Shown: positions 48,231 to 61,044 of the stretch, piece by piece
Layout of the letters: each line of letters starts with the position of its first letter
Position numbering within the stretch: position 1 is the first letter of the stretch
NCBI GenBank assembly: GCA_000182565.2
Contig: KQ257450.1
Source: Spizellomyces punctatus DAOM BR117
Lineage: Eukaryota
DNA length: 64,000 nucleotides
Reading direction: 5' to 3' (one strand)
Translations under genes and position numbers: made by a program
Notes under the pieces: generated by a model
The model's input: only the letters and a program-made list of their open reading frames with translations
Databases searched by the model: none
Told to the model about the DNA's origin: nothing

Positions 48231-51200
48231 ATGATGCCTGATTCGGATGGCCGGACTTTCGGACGGGAATCCGCGTCGGACTCGCTCAACTCCAAGAACG
48301 ACGATTTTCACAGAATTTATCCTGCAAGCATCATGACTAGCGTCGCACATATTTTCCAGGATGCGATACGCTCAAGCTCCAATCATCGAAAGAATACCGT
48401 CGCTTTGAGAAAGTTGCACCTGCGGAAGGGTCGGTCACTGGAGCAAGAATTCTGCCAATGTGTCCTGCACATTCTACCGATAAAGAAGGGAAACCCGGAG
48501 GCTGAACGAGCCGTCAAGTTTTTGACCGCCTATCTAGACGCAGTTACTGCGGAAGTCAATGGAGAAGGTATACTAAATGCTATCCCGAATGCTCAGACAA
48601 TGTATCTGATTTTAATCGCACATGTGCCTTAGTCCCGGAGAACGCAAAGGAGTTGGCCGACAGCCTCATTTACACGCTTTTGACACTGTTGCTGAAGGGA
48701 TTTAAAGCAAAGGATAAAGTAGTACGATATCGCGTGTGTCAGATCGTCGGGATCTTGTTGAACCCAATGGACGAGTTGGAGTAAGTCTTTCCAAGCCACT
48801 GCTTCGAGACGGCCGTGCCCAACCTATCACCTATCTAGCGACGACACATTTCACATTGTGAGGGATCAGCTTATGGAGAGGACACGGGATAAGGAGGCTA
48901 CAGTGCGCATGCAGGCCGCAATTGCACTCTCACGGCTTCAGGTAGCTGTCCGCATAACAACAACCCGATGTCCTTGCAAACTGCAACATGTACTGATCGC
49001 TACATGATCTTAAGGAAGGTGGAGATGAGGAAGAAGATAAGGTCATTAGGGAGTGCTTGATAAATATGCTTCAGTATGACACTAGCGCGTAAGTTCTTGA
49101 GTCTGGTTCTGCTCACGAAAGTGAAGACTCGCTGACCAGCCGATGTTTTCTGCAAAAAAGCGATGTGCGAAAGGCAGTGTTGTGGAATATAGAAGTGAAC
49201 AGTGCCACATTACCGTATATTTTGCAGCGAGTTCGAGACGTTGATGCTCAGGTCCGAAAATTGGCATTCTCAAAAGTGGGAGATGATGTGGAAAAGATGA
49301 CGTTCCTTACCGTCGATGAGCGAGACTCCCTCTTGCACAATGGCTTATCTGATCGGTTGGTGTGCCCTGTATACGTGGTTGTATATAGCGCCGTCGCTGA
49401 CATCAGGTTGTATTAGAGATACCAACGTACAGAAGAGCTGTTTGAAAATGCTCTGCGAACGATGGGTCCCTGAATGTAACGATGACTTAATCGACGTATG
49501 TTGGAGGTGTGATTCTTCTGATTTGCGCAATACTGAATATGGCTCATGTAGTTCCTTCGTCGAATGGATGTCATCAATGGCCATGCGGCGGAGTCTGCAG
49601 CTAAAGCATATCTCTTGGCAAACCCCTCTTTAACAATTCCATATGATGGTATGTTAATGCTGCTCAGAAGTGAAAGATCCGTCTCTACTGGTATTGATTT
49701 CTCGACATTAATAGAGGAAACTTGGAGTAACCTGGACGTGGAAGAAGCCTTCTTTCTGCGAACCGCGATAGGTTTCTTTGCGGAGAACAAGGTATAGGAA
49801 CTCCAAGACGAACAATCACCCCATTCGCACTAACCCCAATGGTTTTCAGATGGAGGAGGAACTGGAGGCAGCACTCCCACCCTTGCTGCATCATTCGGAG
49901 CTGCTTCAGAGATACGGCCTTCTGCTGGCGCAATCAGAAGATGCAGAAGAGAGGATGGCGTTGAGCTTCATTCTTAAGCAGTTACTGCTAACAGCGGAGA
50001 TGCAGGATTTCACTGATGAAATGGGACGACGGGAAATTCTTGTCAGTCTAAGTAAGGAGCACTCCATATATTTCAGAACCGAATATCAGATTAACCTTGA
50101 TTGCAGGGGACATGCTCAGCTCTATCGATTTATCGAAAGACAATATACTCATTGTTGTCAGCATACTGAAGACGCTGTCGTTGAATGAGAGTGACTTTAC
50201 CAGGTGCATGTCGTACTAATTTGTCGTCAATAGCGTGATGAACTCATTAGTTCTGTTGCTAGGATTATCATCGAAGTGTTGTATACAATATACGACGTTG
50301 ATATGACTGATCCCCAGTCCACGGTACAGTTAAATGCTCCAATCCACCGACATGTGAATTTACTTAGTTATTGAATCACAGCAGGAAGCTGATACATCGC
50401 AAACGGAGGGCATGGATGAGGTTGAAAAGTCCGTATTATTACTGAAATGCCTGGATATTATCGGCTGCGTGCTGGAGTGCACCGAACAGGTGAAATTTGC
50501 TATTGCACGATGTTATGTTGATCTCAATACGGACCTAAAAGATTGTGGCTCAACAGGACCTCAGAGATAACGCATCGATGAATGGGATTCTGGATAGCTT
50601 CATCCTACCATCATTAAAAAGTGATCATCCAGCGATACAGCAAACGGGTCTCCAATGTCTTTCGTTAGCTTGTCTCCTGGATAAGGTAACCTAGCTCGTG
50701 GCGACAAATTACGCGACCTTACTCACCGCAAGTCGATAGTAGTCACTCGCCCAAGCTCATCTTCCTCTGTTTATGAGTGCGTTCAACGACAGCCGGCAGG
50801 AGCTTTCAGTTTTGGCTCTTAAGGTACGTATCCTGTTATTTCAATAACGTTTCTTGTAGCATGTTCTCATGGTGTTTGGTAGGTTTTCTTCGACCTTACT
50901 ATTCTCTTCGGGACCGATCTTTTATCAGATCAGGGGGTCCGTTATCTTCAGTACAATGTCACAACGCATCACCCACCTAACATCATTACGCTTTATTAGC
51001 TTTTAACTGAGCTGATCAGCGAGACGCTACAATGCGACGATCAAGAGCTACTTACCCTGGCTGTTGAGGGCGCCGCAAAGTTGATGATGCTCCGTTATTT
51101 GACAAATCAAACCGTAGGTCTCATTGCGTGCAAGATCCATTGATGCATTCGAATGCGCAATAACCTGCCTATTCTTGCTTTTCAGGTGTTGCAGCAGCTT

Positions 51201-52163
51201 GTGGTCCTGTACTTTCACCCACATACGAAGTCTATGAATAGACTGAGACAATGCCTCAGCTACTTCTTGCCTGTCTTTGCACATGCGTCGCATGCTAATC
51301 AAGCACTTCTGCAGACGGTAGACTATTTTCGTTGTTGTTCGGCACCTGCACAGGCACACTCACTTTCGCCTTTTGAAGGTTGTGGTGCCATGTCTGCAGA
51401 TCTTGATACAAGAGTACGCAGTGAGCAAGGATGCCATGATCCAGCCAACCCAGATTGGGCAGCAACTTGTGGATTGGACAGATGTGAGAAAAGTCGTACA
51501 GTAAGTTGCCAGATGGTTAATAACTAAATTTGCGAGGGTTACCTTTGCACTTATCCCTGGAATGCCAGATTTGAACAGAAAGAAGAAACCATGGACGAAG
51601 GGCTGCATGGCGATATGGCGATTGAGTTGCTGCAGGCCGCCGTGCAAGAGGACGACCCTGGTATGCTCATGTTTAAGAATGTGCTGCCAACATTTCATGA
51701 CACATTTCGTTTCTCTTTTTCTTTAGGTACTCAAAAGATCTACTGCCAGTTGCTTAATAGATTGCATATTGGCATTTTTGTCGGTATAAGACGGTTGTGT
51801 CAAATCGCAGAGTTGCTATGCTCGTTCTTGGAGGTCAGTATGTCATCGCCTTTGTTGTTAAAGACAATGCGATAACCAAAGCATTTTCGGAGTAGGCGCT
51901 TCCCAAGAACTCTCCGGTGCTCATTGGGTTAAGAAAGTAAGTCCAAGCACGGAATTGTGCCCAGTTGGTACAAAAACCAACTCTAATGATCTTGATGTAA
52001 TTACAGATTTGCACGATTTATTGCGGACATCGAGGAGGACAAGCTAGAGCATCACGACGAAGAAGAATTTTTAGAAAAACAGAAGCTTACTGTTTTATTG
52101 GGAGAGCTGCGGATGGGGCTAGGTGGGCCGCAGGAGACAGAAGTAGGAAACGAGGAGGAATAA
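48231..52163 (+). CDS. YCG1: Condensin subunit G (Ycg1/Cnd3/NCAPG), many exons
   Basis: IFQDA..NHRK, KGFKAKDKVVRYRVCQ, RTRDKEATVRMQAAIALSRLQ, RVRDVDAQVRK, DEMGRR, AVEGAAKLM, RLRQCLSYFLPVF. Confidence 0.93.
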
Positions 52164-52261
52164 GCCCTTGTATTGGGATTTGCCTCCCATGAGCGGATCA
52201 CGTGGCTACTCGATAGATGCTTGCACTTTCGAGATATTTTACAACAGATCAGACCTTCACG

Positions 52262-53307
52262 ATGACAGTTAAACGATGGGCATTCAACGTAACAAAGTGG
52301 CAACCTACAGATAAAGTATGGATATGAGGCTTCTATCTACCTATCTACACCAATGAGAATCTGACTGAATCTCAAGGAAATTTCATGGTTATGCGACTTG
52401 TTGCCACCAGCAGAACGAGAACGCATTCAGCGTTTCCGATTCCCCATAGACAGCCATCGTGCTCTCATAGGACAGCTACTCTCGCGCGTAGCGGTGCTAT
52501 CTTTCCTTCCCGAAGGAGTACGTTGGAATGATGTTGATATCCGCCGGACAGAATATCAGAAACCATACTTGGTAAGTCAAGAACTTTGAACCAAGTGGGT
52601 TGTCACCGCTACTTTATCCATGGCGTTAATACAAGCACCGTAAAGATCAGGCCTCACCTCAAATCCCAGATTTGCTCTTCAATATCTCGCACCATGGGGA
52701 CTATGTCGTCGTAGCAGCGGGATATGCTATCCATCTAGGGGTAGACGTTTCGCGAGTCGAAAAGCCGGACAACGAGTCAATCGAAGAGTATTTTGCCATA
52801 TTCAAGTCGTACTTTACCCACCGAGAATGGGAGTATATAAACGATTTGACGAGTGGGAATCGTGATGAGGAGAGATTACACCGTTTCTGTCAACAATGGT
52901 GTCTTAAAGAAAGCTATGTCAAGGCATTGGGTGTCGGACTAGGATTGGAGCTGGAACGAATTGAGTTCCGATTATCGAATTCAAAAAGATTATCTGATGA
53001 GCGGGTGCAGGTGATTTGATTGTCCCTTTACAACTCGTTGATGAACCGCGATAATAACGCCATTGATATCCAGGCGGTTGATAATGACATTGTCGTCCTA
53101 CAAGATGGAAAGCTTCAAAAGGAGTTCAAATTTGAGCTATCGTACGTTGATCCATTGCACCCGGTAGCTCTGTGTTATGCTGCGAATGAGACAGCAGCGG
53201 TGCCCGACCGACAATCATTATCAGCGACGGATGGTGCATCGCGGTTCTTCAGAGTGATGTCCTGGGACGAAATAGAAGCTCTTATACGACAAGCTCAAAA
53301 ACCATAG
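52262..53307 (+). CDS. LYS5: Sfp-type 4'-phosphopantetheinyl transferase (aminoadipate reductase PPTase)
   Basis: MTVKRWAFN.., RTEYQKPYL, FNISHHGDYVV, LGVDV, WCLKESYVKALGVGL. Three introns. Confidence 0.93.
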
Positions 53308-53444
53308 GATAGCCGATAGCATTTGGAAGATGGGAATGCGCCTATTGTATTTTCGTTCCCAACATTGCAACCATGTCCCTTAGCGAGGAACTGCAACATG
53401 AAATATGGCTCAGAAAATAGAATTAGAAAATGTATCTACAAATA

Positions 53445-54464
53445 TCAAAAAATGGCCAGCAACGCAAACGCGCTATACAAGAGCCCAACAGGGTATGCTA
53501 CGAGAAGTCGCTGCTCGCTCATTGACAGAACCGTGGTGAACATCTTTGAAGCTGAATATGTGCACCATAGCACTGACAATGCGCTGAGTATGAGACCGAC
53601 AATGTGTCCACTGCAGGCGAAGGAAAATGCGGGTTCAATATCTGAATATTCGAATGGGAGACTGCCTCATACCTCAATTGTAATAAAGTAGCGACTGAGC
53701 TGAGTACAACCATCGGTAGAAGGCAGTAGCCCAGAACACTCGCGGTACGGTATCCGTCGATACCCGACTCGCTCATCAGATTGAGAATGGCATAGACTGA
53801 TACACAACCCAACATTGCCACGCCGTATACATAACCGAAATTGATTTTTCCCGACTGCAAAGCGTTAATTACATTTAGAGTGCCATCAACGGTCCCAGCC
53901 GGAAATACATTACGCACCAGTAGTAGGAATCCACCAAACAGTAAGACGAACAATATCGGGCCAGCCAGATCGGTATCATCCATAATGTGCTTGTCTACTG
54001 CTCTCAGGGGATTCAACACCGTTACTCCCTTGTGAAGAAAAAAAGTCGGCATGTCTGTAAATCCAAGCCTAAAAGGTCTCTCAGTTATCTCTTCTTGGAG
54101 TTATTCATACCTTTTTCTTAATATGACTGAAATTTATTCCTAGCTCTAATGCAAACAGTAAGATCTCACAACGTTCCTTGCCAGCAATCCTCTTAGAGGC
54201 CGACGCACCTTCAAGAAGCGGTGGCTCATCTGCAAAGCCTCCAGTAGTGAACGCTGCTCGTATGGATGCCCAAGTCACTTCCCCCGTTCCCGTTTGTTGA
54301 TATGCATAGGTGGAAGGCGGATACGCTTGGGCGTAGTTACTCGACCCCACATTTCCTTGCGTCCCGCTTTTCTCTGCGTATGAAAACTGTTGGAACTCGA
54401 GGTTCGTGCTGGGACTGTAGTAATTGTCTCCGCCCCCTTGAAAGAGAACGTTTCCCGGCTGCAT
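53445..54464 (-). CDS. YIP1: Yip1 family ER-Golgi membrane protein
   Basis: EPPLLE-ELGINFSHI, DTDLAGPILF, SGKINFGYVYG, SVLGYCLLP, LVAYPVGLLY. Confidence 0.95.
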
Positions 54465-55367
54465 AATGTCGAGCGAGTAAAATTCGGATGGGCAAAAGAG
54501 ATGACACAAGTGCTGGTTGGCAAGTTTCAAGGCAGAGCGCGTTTGTTACGGTCCAAGTGACATTTTATGGAGGTGTGCCAGACGGTTTTTGCTTTTGGAC
54601 ATTATCGCTTCTTCTTTTTGTTTTGTTTGCGACCCATGAGAGATATAGGATAACTCCGATGCAGCCATTCCGTCGTCACATTTTGGGCCCGAGATATTGA
54701 CCACGAAACAGCAAACACCAACTGGTCAGAGTCAAATGGTGGTTCGCTGCCCCGCTGCCGCAGTCCTGGTTTTCCCCCACTGCCAGTATCATATCCCTTG
54801 GTATCAGTGCAAGTATCCTGTCCTTTGTCTCCAGTCGACGGGACTCTAGTTGAGCATACTTTTTCAATCAGTGCGCAAAACCGGAAAGCGAACAATCAAC
54901 ATTGACTCAACGTCTTGGCATGCTGACGGGGAACAAGTTATCTGTCTTTTTTGCTCGATTCATAACCATCATGTTTTGACCATAGTCAAGAAAGACCTTT
55001 TAATGCATGCGATGCAAAGGCTCATCTCTTCACAATTGCACACAACAAGGTATTCTCAACCAACAACAGGTAGCACCCGATGGAGTTGCTTGCCCTTCCT
55101 CTTGTCCATCTGATGCAAATAGCCAACAAGATCCCCAAATGTTCCAAGAGAATTAAACAAAGCTCAAATACATCAACAGGCGGCAGCCATACATGCCGTC
55201 TGGTCGGGATCCCCTCTTGTTTTGCCATAAAGGATGGTTTAGAAGCTGCCGTGTCGCTACACGCCAAGCAAATCAAAACTCGCAAGGATTGCTGACGCGC
55301 GTTGCGCCCTTTCTGACCAACTTTCAGCTTCTTCCAAAAACATTTCAAAGTAACTGAAAGATATACC

Positions 55368-56520
55368 ATGTCGCTGTTTTCAAGGCCCAAAAAGCAAAGT
55401 GAAGGCCCCTCACCTAGCCCCCTGCAAGACGGGTAAGGTCGTGCCTTGGCTCTTGGCCGTCTCGTTTTGAAAAGCCAGTTGACTTTTTGCCAAACACAGT
55501 CGTCGCAAACAGATTACCTCCCTTCATACCCACCAGCTTGCTGTCCGCGAACTTCAACCTGACACAGTCTATGAAGTCACAACAACAACACCATCAAGCC
55601 TTACTCTGCAATTGACTATCACACTCCCGCCTACCTTCCCGGACACGCCTCCCAGTATAAAGGTCAAACCGCCTGTTCAGCATGCTTGGGTCGATAAAGC
55701 AGGATACGTTATTGGACATGAACGTCTTGCGAGATGGGATGCCGGTCAGGGTATTGTTCTAGGACGACTTTTGAGGGAGATTATCCAAGAGTTTGCCATA
55801 CGTCCACCATCTCGACCTGAGCATTCGTATCAGCACCATCACTCCCCAACGACAACAAGTGTACCAGGACCCTCTCTGATGCACCCACAGCATGCTCCTA
55901 TTCCCGAATTTCCAGAAGTGGATCATTTATCACTCGAAGAACTCGATGATCTGCTCAAGAATGAAGAGGCTTTGGGACTGTTTTTTGAACAAATGGAGCA
56001 TGTGAAAAGTATGAGACAGGTGCACGCAGATCTTGTCGTGGGGAATGAGGCTTTGGCGCGTAAGTTCATCTGGCGTTTTGTAGTATATCTATTGTCCGCT
56101 CATCATACATTTTCTTTCAGGACGCAATTTGGAAAAGGAGAATGAAATAAATGCGCTCAAGTCAAGCCTTACAGAGCAAGTCACCTTGATGCGGTCTCAG
56201 AAAAACTTGTTTGATGAAAATTCAAAGATTCGAGAAGATGAGCTCATGGTAATTCCTTGTTTTCGGCTAGCTAAGTTTGATCTTGATTGCTCAAGCAGCT
56301 CGTCTAGCGTTTCGGATCTGATTACATCACCAGCAAACTCCGAGCTGCTCTCAGTCAGTCTGATGAGCTCTCAGATTCAATTGCAACGTCATTTGTGGAC
56401 GGAAAGCTCGGTGTGGATGATTTCTTGAAACAGTTCCGCGATGTACGAAAGGTGTATCATCTGCGAGCTGCAAAGCTGGAGCGAATATCACGAGAACCGG
56501 GGCTCTTGTCTGCACCTTAA
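55368..56520 (+). CDS. VPS37: ESCRT-I subunit Vps37 (Mod(r) domain) with N-terminal UEV-like domain
   Basis: ITLPPTFPDTPP..VQHAWVD (UEV-like); LSLEELDDLL, NEALA, SDELSDSIATSF, FLKQFRDVRKVYHLRAAK (Mod(r)). Confidence 0.88.
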
Positions 56521-56605
56521 CTGTTACCCATATATTATAAATATGAATTATTTACATGTCTTGCACTGTAGTAGCAGACTGAAGATCCATCCCGTTGGTG
56601 AAAAA

Positions 56606-59548
56606 TTATTCTGATTCCTCCTCCTCTTCCTCGTCTATATTTATCTCTGGTAGCTCGTCTTCGTCGTCGTCATCATTGACGCTGATTTCCGGTAGGCCAT
56701 CGTCATCTGCGTCCATGGGATCGGCAGTATCGTCGGATGGGCCTTCTTTTGGCCCGACATTTTCCACGGGTGGCGTATCACTATTAGACATTGTTGTGGA
56801 GTCCATGGACACTTCATTTGGTTGATATTCGCGAGAGTGCACAAGAGTTTCTCTCACAATAGCCGTTTCCGTTACACTTTCAACTTCCTGCGTTTCTACC
56901 ACCTGCAATGTTTCAACACATCAACCTTTGCAACTCGGTCCCTAGACACAATGTTTAGTTTGAAAACCCACCTTAAAGGCTATGTCTGGTACGACAGCTT
57001 TTCCGACTGTCGGCTGAACATGAACTTTGGTGACGCTAGTCCGTCGTTTAGCTGGAATAGCTTGGTCATACGTCGGTATCGCCCCAGGATTCGTAACAGG
57101 ATTCGTAACAGGACGATCCGGTGCCACATCTCGTTGGTTCCCAGTTACGTTGGAGGACGTTGAAGCAATAGGCTCGAATTCGTCCTCTAGTGGTGATGCA
57201 TACTTTTCCACCGTTGTCGTGTATTCAAATCGTGGCAAGCGGGGGTGAATAATCAAGTCTGAAACAATTAGACCTCGTTTGCAGAGCTCTCGCACCTGTG
57301 AACTACTGTCAGTATATTTTGTTACGCTGACAGTGCGCTACTAGGTACTCACTCGGACGTCGGGATGGTAAAGAAAGCTGGCAAAGACCTTAATCCCAAG
57401 TGCCAAGACATCGCCATTCCTCCCAGTACAGGATTGCATTGCCGCCAGCAGACATTTGAGCATCTGGTATTGATATCCATGCTTGGCGTCATCTGGCGCA
57501 TTTCTTGTTGCAGATGCGAATACGCAGGATACCAGACTATGTGTCAGTGGAGAAATATCGATCTGATTCGCCTCGGCTTGTCCAAAGAGTATTAAATGTT
57601 CGAGGACTGAAAACATGGTGTTGGCCTCAATAATTAGCCTCAACAACACACAGTACATATAAGCGCCGACGTTACCATTAAGGGCCGCAATTCTCAGATC
57701 CCAGTCATCGGGAGCCTCTAGGTTTTTAGTTGTGTCCACCGAATCCAGCTTCCTTTTCTACAATAAAATATCCAATAAAAACGGTTGGATGCGGCTTTGG
57801 GCTGTTTAAGTCTTCACGCAATATTTACCTTTGATTGCTGCGCTGTTGACGGATCGCGCACCGATACCGGCTTGGTATAGGCGTTCATGTCGTGTAATAC
57901 TGCTTTAGATAGGGTAGAGCTTCCTATTCGTACGATCTCGCACCCAAATGTGGCAATCGCTTTGCTGATAAGTTGGTAACCCGACAGTCGTAGAGTACTG
58001 GTAACGGTAACTGCGTCAGAAGACCATAGGAGAAAAACACCAACGAATGTAGCTACACACTGATGGTATCGTGAATGTTCCAAAGCCTTGGCACATATTG
58101 TCCATGTAAACTCGACGTCAGTCCAAACTTTGCTGTTTTATCAAAGGAATTTAGTGTTCATTCCGACCGCAAAACTGTGTCAAAGCCCATGATAGATACC
58201 GGGATAGTAGAATGGTCAACAGCTGGTTCGCGGTTATGCATACAAGCGGCACAAGAAGTCGGAGATACTTAGGCCCAAACGCGTTCCCAAGATCATACCA
58301 CTGGGCGTGTTGGCGATTTGGTGAGAAATATCTGAGAAAAGATGGACAACCAATCAATCATACCTGAGCCTTCCCCGCACCGGCATACATCCGACGAATC
58401 AAAGCCACGACACTCTCTACGCGAAAGCTCTGAGTGGTTACGCTGCGTCACACCTTAAGTGAGTACTGGGCTGCGGTATGTTCCCTGTCATAGTTCACAA
58501 TACCTTAGGATTGTTGATAGAACTGTAACTATCGCTTGGAGCTGTGAGATTCGCACCGGAAGCTCAATATGATAACCACCACTGACTGGAGGGAGTATCA
58601 GGCCATTACTTGCTTCGCGCGTGGTCGTTTCTGTACAAGTTTGATCTTAATTGAGGGAAGGAAACACTTTCAAGGAGGGCTACTATGCTACCTGCATCTA
58701 TGGAAGAAAAGATTTCATCCAGCAGTTCTTTCACGGATGCGCATACTCTGTCGATGATTTTTGATTCTCCGTAGTCGCCCCCTTTTTCTCTCTTCAACTG
58801 AGCGAGCACGACTATGCAACCAGTGGCGGCGCGAACAGACTGTTTTTCCTCATGAAGACGCATAATGATGTCGAAGCAGATGACTTCAATCCTTTCAGAG
58901 TGGGCTTTGGCACCATTTGGAAAGGTGGTGATGATGTTTTGCAGATCAGCCAAGATGTTGGGCTGGATTTGTACGCGTCATTCAAAGATAGACCTATTTC
59001 GCATCAACGACTTGAAAACTTACCTCGACAGGAGTCGAGCGGGCTATAATATCACATATCCCAGTAATAACTTTCGCTAGATACATTTGATTCAAATCCC
59101 TCTGTAGACTGGGAAAGACCTTCGACTTCACCAGCAATTTGGTGACCGCGCGAACGATATCCCCCACATAGGTACTGTTCGGTGTCTTCATAGCAGTCAA
59201 AAGCCCATTGCACCAAGAGCGAGCTTCCTTTTGGAAGGCCGAATACGCTTGCTCAACGGATATACGTATCAAGCAGGCCGCTGCCCATTGTGTGGTCGGT
59301 GCTTTTGAGGACAATAGACTGCTGAGCCGTACCGACCATTTATGTAGTGCGGAGATTGCTCGCGTTGCAAGAGAGCCTTTGGTTAGGTTATTCAGGTCGT
59401 TGGCCTCCTCCGCTACATGGTGGAGTCGCCAAAGCAGATCATTATTCGTCAAGAGGTTTAAGATCCAAGGTAGATTAGTATGGACTTTTTCGTCATCCCC
59501 CAAAAAGTTTGCTGTAATCAGCTCGAGCTGTTGCGCGGGATCTTCCAT
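56606..59548 (-). CDS. RIX1: Pre-rRNA processing protein Rix1/PELP1, multi-exon
   Basis: KWSVRLSSLLSSK..QWAAACLI (RIX1 domain), DLIIHPRLP, acidic tail DELPEINIDEEE. Confidence 0.82.
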
Positions 59549-59679
59549 TGGCTCGCCTTCTGCAGCCAGGCGTTAAGAAAAAAGTTCAACATGAAGCGAC
59601 AAGCTTTGGATCTGTGAAAACTGACTGTGCCACCAGTCATTGAATTGGAACCCATTTGAACCATAACCCTTTGTTTATA

Positions 59680-60333
59680 TTAGGCTGGGGGTCGATACCC
59701 GCAGTGAGCACATAGTTTTACGACGGCGGAATGGTCTTGTTTGCACTCTTTCTGTGCACGGATGTACTCTAATGGTAAATGTATATCTGAAGAATATGCG
59801 AAGATGTCAAGGACAGCTACTTTTACGTCGTTTGCATCCATCGCCGAACTTACGTTTAGCATCGCAATAAGGAGGATTCGCAGTGTACTTGCAGTTACAT
59901 ATTGAATACATTGATTGCTGTTTGGGCACTACCCATCGTTTTGGTTTGAAAGGAGTCCCGCGATGGCTCTCTAAAAGTTTGGAGCACTGTGTCAACATAT
60001 GTCCTTGCTCCTCAAAGTGTCGGAAGTGTTTGCAGCTGCTGACGTACCATCACACCAAGGTTGGCTTCGACTCAAGCTAAAGAACGCATGAGGTCTTGCC
60101 AAACATCAATGAGATCCTCTCTATGATGCATACCCGCATGTGCACCAGTATTTTACTTGGCCTTCTTGCAATCCTCGTATATTCGCGGGGCCATACTACA
60201 AGCCTGTTCAGAGCCTGCTTGTTTTGTGCCGAGGAATGATAAGACATACCGTTGGAACACATGGACGTAAACATGGTGCCTTGTGAATATCTTCTATTTC
60301 GAGCGGATCTTTCGTTGGCTCAGAACCGGTCAT
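59680..60333 (-). CDS. Twin CDGSH iron-sulfur domain protein (CISD3/MiNT-like), 5 exons
   Basis: Spliced: MTGSEPTKDPLEIEDIHKAPCLRPCVPT-YGP..YWCTCG-LSRSQPWCD-ESHRGTPFKP..ICNCKYTANPPYCDAK-HIHLPLEYIRAQKECKQDHSAVVKLCAHCGYRPPA*. Confidence 0.88.
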
Positions 60334-61044
60334 TTATTTCAACTGGAAGGTAGCGTAGCGGCTGGCAAAAGACAAGTAGAAAACAAGCGACACGACTCGA
60401 CTGCCGTTTATATCAGAAAATGTGACACATTTGTGGTGCTGAACTTTTAGTTTGTTTTGCATGTTGCTTAACAAGACCACTATATCTAGCACCATCAAAG
60501 AAACATGTACGAGCTGTTGCATACGAAAGAGCGTAAACTATACTCGAGTCAAATCTCTCATAGGTGGACGCTTCATGCTTTATTTTAAGAGCGATTTGCA
60601 TACGATTCCATCTCTTTTTTTCTACGCAAACCTCATCTTTTTCAATACAAAATCGTTCGCTGATCTCAACAGAAATACTCAAATGAGCATCTCATGAACT
60701 ACAAAATAAAAATGGGAGAAACTCCAACGAACCTCCAGGTGGCGACGTCGACAGCGGCCTCTGACTTTGAGACGCGTTCGGCTGAGACGTCTTCCCGTTG
60801 GTTGGCACGAGGAAGGACGCTACGGTTGTCCGTACGCCTTGAACAAGGATTAGCCCGGCCCTCGCCGCGGTCGAGCGTTTACGCACAGCAATCTCCCACT
60901 TGGACATCACCTCGGGTCTCATGTGTCCAGAGCGTAGCCGACGCCCTCACTGAGCCATCCTTCCCATTGCCAACTTTTGTTACCGCCCGCCCTACCACAC
61001 AATCTGCGACACACATTATTCACAACCTCCTCGGCCAACCTGCA

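Noticed and set aside
29951..53307. ECM31 (pantothenate) plus LYS5 (PPTase) as a metabolic cluster
   Set aside because: About 21 kb apart, separated by unrelated housekeeping genes, with no NRPS or PKS nearby.
54540..55360. YIP1/VPS37 intergenic ORFs and an ATACTTGCACTG string resembling the U1 snRNA 5' end
   Set aside because: No ACTTACCTG match, U1 stem-loops or Sm site; the ORFs have no recognisable motifs.
57085..57113. 12-bp tandem repeat CAGGATTCGTAA x2.4 in RIX1
   Set aside because: Small in-frame slippage in a disordered linker (PVTN repeat); not an array.
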